From assembly GCA_002269645.1 (NCBI GenBank), contig NIVC01000604.1, positions 248,001-312,000 on the forward strand: a stretch of DNA of 64,000 nt, written 5' to 3'. This document shows positions 1 to 9,571 of the stretch, piece by piece. A program made the position numbers and the translations under genes. Source of the DNA: Macrostomum lignano. Its lineage: Eukaryota. The notes below the pieces were generated by a model, which worked only from the letters and a program-made list of their open reading frames with translations, searched no databases and had not been told where the DNA came from. Numbering within the stretch: the stretch's first letter is position 1; each line of letters opens with the position of its first letter.

Positions 1-116
1 ATCTTTTATACCCAGTTATGTAACAATCGTTGTATCGTATTTAACCTGCGTATCGATCTAATAAACGCCAAGAGGCTTCGTCAACTCTCAGTTGTATCTC
101 TCTGCCTTAGTCTACA
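1..116 (+). repeat. 5' LTR (3' part only)
   Basis: Matches 4488-4603 base for base, ends in CTACA and is followed by the PBS. Confidence 0.95.
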
Positions 117-118
117 AC

Positions 119-130
119 TGGTAGCAGAGC
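119..130 (+). promoter_or_regulatory. Primer binding site, initiator tRNA-Met type (TGGTAGCAGAGC)
   Basis: TGGTAGCAGAG starts 2 nt after the LTR and is complementary to the 3' end of metazoan tRNAi-Met (...CUCUGCUACCA). Confidence 0.85.
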
Positions 131-143
131 AAATTATTCTAGA

Positions 144-952
144 ATGGCTGAGAAAGGTTTGACCGCCAGTGCAGCGCTGCCCAGAGTTTTCAGTACCGGC
201 AACTTTAAGGAATGGCTGCAGCGTTTCAATGTATGCGCAAAAGTCAACAAGTGGGACACGTGCAAAGCGGAGCGACTGGCCACATTTTTGGATGGCGAGG
301 CTCTCGTCGTTTATTTGGAACTGTCGGCAGGAGATCAGGCAGACTACGACAAAGTAGTCCAGGCATTGGATGATGCATTCCACCCGAACCGCGAGCACTT
401 CGCCGTCATGGAGGCGTTCAAATCAAGGAAGATTTTGTCGAATGAGACTCCACGCATGTATCTTTACGAGTTAAAGAAGATGCTCAAAAGCTCCTCCGTG
501 GACAACAAAGATGCTCAAGAGGCTCTGCTGTTCCATCAGTTCGTCTGTGGCCTTCCCGAATCCGTGAGCTGGCAGATTCGCGCGGACTCCAGCGTTAAGA
601 CCTCAGAGCAAGCGCTTCAAAAGGCCCAGCTACTGATGCAGCACAGCTCGCCAAGCATCCCAGCAGCAGCGGTGCAACCTCAGTCGAGCCAATCCAGCAA
701 GTTCAGGAGCTGCGGGACACTGTGCAGAGTCTGCAGGCATCGGTGAGCACCCTGAGTTCCCAGCTGCAGCAGCTGGCAGCCTGTGGAGTGAGGACGAGTA
801 GCACAACGAGACCGCAGCACCGTTCGAAGTCTGACATCATCTGCTACAACTGCCACAAGGCCGGCCACATTGCCAGAGATTGCTACAGCAGGCGACAGCC
901 GGGAAACGCCAGAGGCTGGGGTGTGCGGGCCCGCAACCCCGGCCAGCAGTAA
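144..952 (+). CDS. Gag (capsid-like domain, coiled coil, CCHC zinc knuckle), interrupted by a 1-nt frameshift near 672-676
   Basis: ORF 144-746 (FKEWLQRF...LATFLDGEAL, retrotransposon gag-like) continues in the -1 frame as VEPIQQVQELRDTVQSLQ...CYNCHKAGHIARDC to TAA at 950-952. Confidence 0.85.
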
Positions 953-962
953 CTGCGGGCCC
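901..962 (+). promoter_or_regulatory. Predicted -1 programmed ribosomal frameshift signal (G GGA AAC plus H-type pseudoknot)
   Basis: Heptamer 901-907 lies in gag codon phase, then a 6-nt spacer. Stem 1 pairs 914-921 with 937-944; stem 2 pairs 927-935 with 954-962. Pol is in the -1 frame. Confidence 0.8.
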
Positions 963-3900
963 AGCAGCAGCGGCTTCAAGGCCGGCGCTCACAGTCGGCG
1001 GGATCTTCGACGGATGCAGCGTCGCGCCCGACCGACTATCGCAGTGTGAGTGCAAGCTTGATGGCAGAAGTGTGAAGGCGCTGTTAGACACCGGAAGCCA
1101 GTGCTCACTAGTTGAGTCCAGCATCCTGACAAAATCCCAGCTCAGACAGGCAACTGCAGCCAGAGTGCAACTTCATTCAGTGAACAAGCAGCCAATTAGC
1201 ATAGAACGGCAAATCGAATTGCCACTTACAGTCGGTGGAGTGACAGCCCGGCAATTGTTTTTCGTTGTGTCAGGTTTGGTCTGCCCTGTCATTGTTGGAG
1301 TCGACTTCATCGGCAAGCATAATTTGCAACTGGACTTCACAGGATCTTCACAAGAAGCCGGCCAAGTCTGCAGCACCAGATTCCAGGCTGACACCGACGA
1401 TCCAGTTGACATCGAAGACGCACTCGTCCCCGAGTTCAGCTGTGAAGAGTTCGAGTTGCCGACTACCGACGACCCTGATGTACAACGGCTGCTGGTGGAG
1501 TTCAAAGACTTGTTCAAGAAAAAGCCGGGACTAACTCATCTGCAACAGCACCGAATTGTTCTCTCGGATGAAGTACCTGTCCGAGTGCCACCGCGCCGAA
1601 TGCCTGTGCATTACCGGGAGAAGGTAGAGCAGCTGATTCAGGAACTGCTGGAGAACGACGTGATAGAGCTGAGCGAAAGTCCGTACGTGGCCCCACCGGT
1701 GTACGTGACAAAGAAGGATGGCAGTCTCCGCCTGACCATAGACTATCGAGAGATCAACAAGAAGACTATTCGCTCTGCACAGGGAATTCCGTTGATGGAG
1801 GAGGCAAGAGATCGAATCGCAGGCAGTTCAGTGTTCTCTGTGTTGGATCTCAATGGAGGCTATTTTCAAATTCCGATGGCAGAAGAAGACAAGCTAAAAA
1901 CTGCTTTCTGTCCGGGACCAGGGATGCCGCTGTACCAATTTAAGAGAATGCCCCAAGGTCTGTCGGGGGCCCAAGCACATTCTGCATGCTAATGTCAAAA
2001 GTTTTCAACGGCTGCGATTTCGTCTTCACGTTCTTCGATGACAGCCTGTGCTTCTCAAAGACCAAGTCGGATCATCTGCGGCAACTTCGAGAGACCTTCG
2101 AGCGACTTCGAGCAGCCGGACTGACATTAAGAGGCTCCAAGTGCAAGATCGCGGTACCCGAAGTGACCTTTCTCGGCACACGGTATTCAAAGGATGGTGC
2201 CCAGCCCAGCCAGGAGAAGCTGGAGGCAATTCAGCAGTGGAGAGAGCCGAGGTCAGCCAAGGAGGTGCGTCAGTTCATCGGCCTGTGCAACCAATACCGA
2301 CGCCATGTAGCCAACTTCGCTGTCATCGCCGCACCGCTGCACCATCTGACTGGCAAGGGCGTCCCATTTGACTGGACTTCGGAATGCCAGACGGCCTTCG
2401 ACCAGCTCAAAAGGTGCCTAATTAGTCCTCCGATCCTGGTGAACCCGGATTTCACTAAGGAGTTCTCAGTCTTCACGGATGCCAGTGGCAGCGGAGTCGG
2501 TGCAATTCTGAAGCAAGGCGAGGCGGTGATCGAGTTCTCAAGCCGCGCATTCAATTCAGCTGAGAAGAAATACTCTGCGACAGAAAATGAGTGCCTGGCC
2601 ATCTTGCACGCATTCAAAGTTTTTCGCCACTATCTTCTCGGCAAGCATTTCACGACACGGATCACTGCCCGCTCACCTACATCGATTCACAGAGAGTTGA
2701 CAGCTACGGCAGGCTAGGACGATGGCGTCTGCTGCTTCAAGAGTTCGACTTCACCGTCAAGTACCGAAGAGGCGTTGAGAACACAGATGCTGACGCGCTG
2801 TCCAGACTGCACGGCCAAGAAGTCGCAGCTACGCAGCTGACTCCGGAAATCGACACTGAAGAGCTCAAAACTGCGCAGCGACATGACCCGGAGCTCAGCC
2901 AGGTGATTCAGGCGATGGACAAGGACGCAGAAATTGCACCCAGATGGCGAGCAGGGCCACTGCAGCAACTCGGCAGAATCTGGAAGAAGCTGAAGCTGGA
3001 TAATGACGGTGTTCTACTGCGCAAGTTCAATGACCCGGACGGCCTGCGGGAGGTTCCAGTGGTGCCAGCGCGGCTTCGACAACAGTTTTTGACCAACGCT
3101 CACGAAGGTCTGGGAGGTCATTTCGGAGCCGAGAAATGCTACCGCACACTGAAACTGACCGCCTACTGGCCTGGCATGGCTGAAGACATCGTGCAACACT
3201 GCCAGAGTTGTTCTGTCTGTCAGGAGAAGAAAGCGGGCTCGCGGACCAGCGCGCCACTCGGAGAACTGCCAATCGGCTCGCCGTGGGATTCTGTGGCTAT
3301 CGACATCGTCAAGGTGGCGCCATCATCGCGCGGCAACAAATACCTGCTGGTGGCTCAGGATCAATTTTCCAAGTACCTGACGGCCGTGGCGATTCCTGAC
3401 CAGACTGCTGAGACTACTGCTCGCGCCTTCCTCTCCATCTGCTCCCAGACTGGACTTCCCCGAGTCATCCACTCCGATCAAGGACCGAATTTCGAGTCTC
3501 AGCTTTTTCAAGACACTCTGCGAGGCCTGGGAGTCACGAAGACAAGAACAACGGCTTACAATCCCAAAGGCAACGGATTAGCAGAGTCGGGCAACAAGTC
3601 AGTGCTGCAGTTACTCAGGTGTTTCACCGAGCGAGAGAGCGAGTGGGAGGACAAGCTGCCACTGATCCTGCTGTCCTACAATTCCCGGGTGCACTGCTCA
3701 ACACAGCTGCCGCCACTGAAGGTGTTCACCGGGCGCGATCCGAGCCTGCCGGTCATCAGCCAGCAGTCCAGGCGATTCTATGACGTGCGCACCTACGCCG
3801 ACAAGCTCGAGGGCGACCTGCTGCGAATTCGAGAGTTTGTCGAGGAGCATCTGGTGCAGGCCGCTGGCGAGCAAAAGAGCGGCTACGACAGGTCGACCGG

Positions 3901-4231
3901 GCAGCTGCGCACGTTCAGTCCTGGAGACGAGGTCCTGCTGCGCATCGAGCTGAGGGGCTCCAAGCTGGCGCCGTACTGGGAGCCGGGCTGGCAGGTGCTG
4001 TCGCAGCGGGATCTGGTAGTCGAAATTCGAAAGATCGAGAACGGCCGGACCCGCAGGGTGAATGTGAATCGTCTGCGGCCGCGGATCCTGCCAGTCCCTG
4101 ACGGAGAGCGCTTCCTGCAGCCGCCCTTTGCGCACGCGGCGCACGGCGGCAATGAGGCGGACGAGGAGCCGCCCCCGAGACGCTACCCGGTGCGTAGACG
4201 GATGCCGGTGGATCGCTATGTGGCCGGTTGA
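901..4231 (+). CDS. Pol polyprotein (aspartic protease, RT, RNase H, integrase), with frameshifts near 1970-1972 and ~2652
   Basis: Protease LLDTGS; RT LRLTIDYREINK, VLDLNGGYFQI, FFDD; RNase H FTDAS...ENECLA...TDH; integrase H-H-C-C (AHEGLGGHFG...CQSCSVC) and D-D-E (AIDIV, HSDQG, LAES), followed by a GPY/F-like LAPYW motif. Confidence 0.93.
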
Positions 4232-4387
4232 ATTTTTGATTGACTCAGTGACTGTTCTACTGACTGTTGCGAATTATTTGAAAGCGAGAAATTCTTTATA
4301 CCAATATTGTTTCGAATGTTTTACTGTTCTTATGTTTCCTTCGAATTATTCGTTCGAATGTTATTGATCCTTTTCGCCGGGGAGGAT

Positions 4388-4603
4388 TGTAGTGAGTTGC
4401 AAGTGTACTTGTATGCGCCAGTCGCTAGAGTGGGGTGGGGGTTGCTATTGTACAGCATGTACGTGCTTTTCACCCACCCCTGTCTCTATCTTTTATACCC
4501 AGTTATGTAACAATCGTTGTATCGTATTTAACCTGCGTATCGATCTAATAAACGCCAAGAGGCTTCGTCAACTCTCAGTTGTATCTCTCTGCCTTAGTCT
4601 ACA
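4388..4603 (+). repeat. 3' LTR (216 bp)
   Basis: TGTAG...CTACA termini, preceded by the GGGGAGGA polypurine tract; AATAAA at 4547-4552. Confidence 0.95.
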
Positions 4604-4657
4604 TTACTAATATAACATATATTATCAAATTTATCTTTATTAATTTTTTATGCTGTA

Positions 4658-5942
4658 ATGGCTGCTCCAATTGAAGAGCGCAACCAGGATGCCACAGTCT
4701 ATGTTGGCGGACTCGATGAGAAAGTGACAGAAGCCATCATATGGGAGCTGTTTCTGCAGGCTGGCCCAGTTGTCAATGTGCACATGCCCAAGGACCGAAT
4801 CACTGGCCAACACCAAGGCTATGGCTTTGTTGAATTTCAGGTATGCGTACTTATACTTATATCTGTTCTGCCTCTAGTAGCAATGGACATTGCCCGGTTT
4901 TGTATTTTTGTCTGTGACCCGCTGCTACCCCCAGCAAACCCTTGATTGAGGCTACCGCAATGCCTCCTGTGCGCAGCTAGGCCAAACCCTATCAAAGCCT
5001 CCCCATGCCGCTGCAGACGGAGGACGACGCGGACTACGCCATGAAGATCATGAACATGATCAAGCTGTACGGCAAGCCGATGCGCGTCAACAAGGCCTCG
5101 GCGCACCAGAAACAGATGGACATCGGCGCCAACATCTTCATAGGCAATTTGGATCCCGAAGTTGACGAGAAGCTGCTATTCGACACCTTCTCCGCTTTCG
5201 GCGTCATCCTGCAGACGCCCAAAATCATGCGCGACCCGGAGACTGGCAACAGTCGCGGCTTCGCCTTCATCAACTATGCAAGCTTCGACGCGTCGGATGC
5301 CGCTATCGAGGCCATGAACGGGCAGTACCTGTGCAACAGGCCCATACAGATCAGCTACGCCTTCAAGAAGGACAGCAAAGGCGAGCGGCACGGCAGCGCA
5401 GCTGAGCGACTGCTGGCCGCGCAGAATCCGCTGTCCCAGTCGGACAGGCCGCATCAGAATTTCGCAGAGGCGCCGCCGATGCCGCCTCCGCCGCCTCCTC
5501 CTCCATCCATGTCAATGTCCATGCCGATGCCGCCAACAACGCCTGGCATGATGTCCGCGCCCCCGCCGCCGCCTCCGTATCGATGCCGTATCCGCGCCGC
5601 CGCCTCGCGCCTCCGCCCCAGGGTATGCGGCTGCCGCCGCCGCCGCCTCCGCCCCAGGGTATGCGGCTGCCGCCGCCGCCGCCTCCGCCGCCCAGTCCGC
5701 ACTTTGGCGGAGGCGGCGAAGGAATGCGCGGCGGACCGCCGCCCAGACCGCCCATGGGCATGTGGCCGCCGCCGCCTCCCCCCCTTGGCTATCGGATGGG
5801 AATGGGCGGCCCTCCGCCGCCTCCGCCCCCGCCAATGGGCGGCATGAGGTTCCCGCCGGGCGGAGGTGGCGGCCGGTATCCGCCCCCGCCGCCGCCGCCT
5901 CCGCCCATGCGACCGCCGCCGCCGCCAATGCATCAAAAATAG
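4658..5942 (+). CDS. SF3B4: Splicing factor 3B subunit 4 (SAP49): two RRMs and a proline-rich tail
   Basis: Exon 1 4658-4840 ([23 protein letters not shown]), GT-AG intron 4841-5016, exon 2 5017-5942 ([21 protein letters not shown]...[18 protein letters not shown]). An apparent 1-nt frameshift at ~5581 lies in the Pro-rich tail. Confidence 0.96.
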
Positions 5943-6469
5943 AATTTTATATATCATTGCTCACCTTGGCTAGGCCCTAACTCTTGTTGGATGTACTTTA
6001 ATTCCTAGAAAGCGAATTTGGCTTTCGGGTCTATTGTAAAACATCTCAGTCCAGCAAGTAGGCTTTTTGAGGCCCTTTTGTCGATGCATTTGCTCTGCTT
6101 TGACTCCGCGTGTCTAACCGCGAGATGAAATTGAATTCTTACTCTTAGTAGTAGTAGTTGCATGCGGGGTAGTGCACAACGCCAAAATCCGGCTTTTGTA
6201 TTGTAAAATTTGTTAATCCCGTCTAGCATACTGATGGCATTGTTTAGCTCTACGGGTCAATTGGCACATTAATCTTTTAAATAATAAATACACCGTTTTG
6301 TAACTGGCTCATTAACAAGAGGCAGCGGCTGTCCTCCTGCTTATCTTCTTGTAATTCGTTGATGCTTTCTTATGCGTTAAAAATTATTTTATAAATTTCT
6401 TCGATTCTTCGAATATATAGTTGCGATGTACTTAAAACTGGTGTATTGACTTTATTACATGGTCTAAGG

Positions 6470-7400
6470 CTGAGATGTCAAGAAACCCTCACCGCATAGG
6501 CTGAGATGCTGAGAAACCCTCACAGAGTCTGAGATGCTGAGAAACCCTCACAGAGTCTGAGATGCTGAGAAACCCTCACAGAGTCTGAGATGCTGAGAAA
6601 CCCTCACAGAGTCTGAGATGCTGAGAAACCCTCACAGAGTCTGAGATGCTGAGAAACCCTCACACAGTCTGAGATGCTGAGAAACCCTCAGAGGCTGAGA
6701 TGTCAATTGTCAAGAAACCCTCACAGTCTGAGATGTTGAGAAACCCTCACATAGTCTGAGATGCTGAGAAACCACCACACAGTCTGAGATGCTGAGAAAC
6801 CCTCACAGAGTCTGAGATGCTGAGAAACCCTCACAGAGTCTGAGATGCTGAGAAACCCTCACAGAGTCTGAGATGCTGAGAAACCCTCACACAGTCTGAG
6901 ATGCTGAGAAACCCTCAGAGGCTGAGATGTCAATTGTCAAGAAACCCTCACAGTCTGAGATGTTGAGAAACCCTCACACAGTCTGAGATGCTGAGAAACC
7001 ACCACACAGTCTGAGATGTCAAGCAACCCTCACACAGTCTGAGATGCTGAGAAACCATCACAGAGTCTGAGATGCTGAGAAACCCTCACAGAGTCTGAGA
7101 TGCTGAGAAACCATTACACAGTCTGAGATGCTGAGAAACCATCACAGAGTCTGAGATGTCAAGAAACCCTCACACAGTCTGAGATGCTGAGAAACCCTCA
7201 CACAGTCTGAGATGCTGAGAAACCATCACAGAGTCTGAGATGTCAAGAAACCCTCGCACAGTCTGAGATGCTGAGAAACCATCACACAGTCTGAGATGTC
7301 AAGAAACCCTCACACAGTCTGAGATGCTGAGAAACCCTCACACAGTCTGAGATGCTGAGAAACCCTCACAGAGTCTGAGATGCTGAGAAACCTTCACTAC
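6470..7400. repeat. ~28-bp minisatellite (CAGAGTCTGAGATGCTGAGAAACCCTCA)n
   Basis: Direct tandem copies with minor variants between SF3B4 and PBDC1. Confidence 0.95.
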
Positions 7401-7437
7401 AAAGCCTGAGACCCCAAACCCCAGCTCCAGCTGCTCC

Positions 7438-7923
7438 ATGGTGGACCCCAACGCCGAGAACTACGTGAATGATGCGTCAGTTGAGCAGGCCTGGCTGTAC
7501 AAGGCCTGTCGGCACGCGTCCACCCACTGGAATTTGCTCCGCCTGATGTCCGCCGACCCAGCCAAGCTGCGCCTCACTCCGCAAGACGACGCCATCTACG
7601 CGGAGTTCCGGGCCCGCTTCCCATGCTTGGCGGTTGGCAAGCTGGTTGAATCCGAGCTCAAATCCGAGGACTCCAAGAGCGCCTGGCGCCAGTTCTGCCA
7701 GCTATTCGAGGACACTGTCGGCGAGTACAATTTCGGCACCCTGCTGCGGCTGGACTCAGCGGGAGATTATTCCGAGGCGAACACCACTCTGGTGCCCAGG
7801 ATCCAGTTCCTGGCCGTGGAGGTGGCCAGGAATCGAGAAGGATTCAACCGCGGGCTGGACAGTCTGGTGCCCAGCCAGAGCGCCCTGGGAGCCGAGCCAG
7901 GCGATGTCAAGAACTGGGACTAG
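7438..7923 (+). CDS. PBDC1: Polysaccharide biosynthesis domain-containing protein 1 (CXorf26/UPF0368 family)
   Basis: EQAW..KA..HA; DDAIYAEFRARF; ELKSEDSKSAWRQFC; YNFGTLLRLD; NTTLVPRIQFLAVEVARNREGFN match the family. Single 161-aa ORF. Confidence 0.93.
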   Translation: MVDPNAENYVNDASVEQAWLYKACRHASTHWNLLRLMSADPAKLRLTPQDDAIYAEFRARFPCLAVGKLVESELKSEDSKSAWRQFCQLFEDTVGEYNFGTLLRLDSAGDYSEANTTLVPRIQFLAVEVARNREGFNRGLDSLVPSQSALGAEPGDVKNWD

Positions 7924-9346
7924 GCGTGACTTGCCCTTTGCCGAGGAACTCTGCTTGCTTCATCTGCTTCTCCTTGACACTTTTGTGCTGTAGATCATCT
8001 GTACATTGCTTGAGGGATATTGTGTATGCCCGGGCTGCAGTTAGCTTGTAATTTCATATTCAATTTGTAAATGCTTCTTTCAGGACAGAAACTCTGTCAC
8101 CTTTATAATAATTAATATTTGTCTTTGTTTATACTGTTTTAGTCACAGATACAAAAATAACTAGATAGGCTACTCAGAACATTTTCGTGTAAGCTACTTT
8201 CAGTTCAGTAGTAAGTTAAACAGAAGCATTTTAATGTATTTTAAAGCCAACAGGCTCATTTATGGGCTCTTGCCTCTTACCCCAGCCTAAACCCTCCAAC
8301 CGCGCCTTTCCACACTAACCCCCCGCCCTGCCTCAATTTTTTATTGCCTTAAAATTCCAGCCTAAAGCTGCCATGTACATTTCAGTGGACTGGCTAATGT
8401 ACATTATGGCTGAACCAATTAGCAAGTCGTTTACGCCTGCAAGCTTGTGAGAATGTGAGCTTCTAAACTTATCAAAGTAATTTCAGCTGCAGCCTTCATT
8501 TTTTATAAAATAGCTTATGTTTTCTTCTTTGCTACTGAATTGAAAGTAGAAAGCTGTTTTACTAGGTATATATATGCCTCAGTGGCCAATCTAGTTATGT
8601 TAGTATCTGCGGTTCTAGTTAACAGTTTTTATGTTGTTTCGATATGCATTTTGACTCACCGATTGGTTTAGCAAAGTTGCTACTCGTAGAGTTTGGTGTA
8701 CCGTGGTGTAAACTTTAATCGCGCTTTTTTAACAATACAAATTGGCAAGTTTAGCACCCGAACAACATGTATGTGGCCTTAAAGGGACTGTCGCTGAAGT
8801 GTTTAGCTTGATGACCGAGTTACAGATCCTGGAAATGGTTTGCTAATCAATAGATAGGTCTTGTTGATTTTTTATCATTTGCTTTTCTACTGCCACGAGA
8901 AGGAAGACTGTGGATTGCGTAATCACCTGGTTACATGTTGGATAGTCTAAATCCCCTTCAAAAAATGTTACTCGTAGATCAGTTTAATACTGTCTTTAAC
9001 CTTCAACAATACTTAAAAGGGGATTGTTGAGTTCTCCAGTTTTGGCACCTCATAATTTGGGACTGTCTAGGAAGGAAATAATGGATTTGTCAACAAACCA
9101 TGTCATCGCTCGTATTTGAAGCTCATAATTTCACAAGTGTCATATAAAGCCAATGAAGCAAGGCCTGAGCTAAGTCGTAGAAGTGCCGTGCATTTTATTT
9201 AACCCTGCTTGAGCTCATAGATATGGCTAAATTAGCAATCCATTACCTCTTACTTCCTTTGTCCATGGCAGCAACCCTTTCGTTAACACACAATCTTTTT
9301 GTTTAGGACCAGTCAAACTAAGGAACCCCAGAGATATTCAGCCGTG

Positions 9347-9571
9347 ATGGACTACACAAGGGAACGCTTTGACAGCAGCCTGCTGGAGACGCCCACCTGG
9401 GTGCTGATTGTGTTCAGCGCAAGCTTAGTCACCCTCACCTTGCACTATTTCTACACCTTCGAGTCAGTGCGGCCCGGCCTGTTGGAGTTCAACTACACTG
9501 GCATCGCCAGACGCTCAGCTTTGAGAAGCAGAGATGCCAGCTTGCTGCGCCAGTCAGCCGACTGCTCCTGA
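9347..9571 (+). CDS. Putative 74-aa protein with one hydrophobic segment, family unknown
   Basis: GC-rich, host-like codons within AT-rich flanks; TTTTGTTTAG acceptor ends at 9306; WVLIVFSASLVTLTLHYFY hydrophobic stretch. No family recognised. Confidence 0.5.
   Translation: MDYTRERFDSSLLETPTWVLIVFSASLVTLTLHYFYTFESVRPGLLEFNYTGIARRSALRSRDASLLRQSADCS

Larger units (their letters stand above)
1..4603 (+). mobile_element. Ty3/Gypsy (Metaviridae) LTR retrotransposon, near full length; 5' LTR cut by the window start
   Basis: 1-116 is identical to 4488-4603 (LTR pair). PBS at 119-130, PPT at 4379-4386. Gag with CCHC knuckle, then pol in PR-RT-RH-INT order. No env or chromodomain. Confidence 0.97.

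Noticed and set aside
6470-7400. Possible tandem hammerhead ribozymes (CTGA...GAAAC...GTC in each unit)
   Set aside because: The CUGANGA core is incomplete and stems I and II cannot form.
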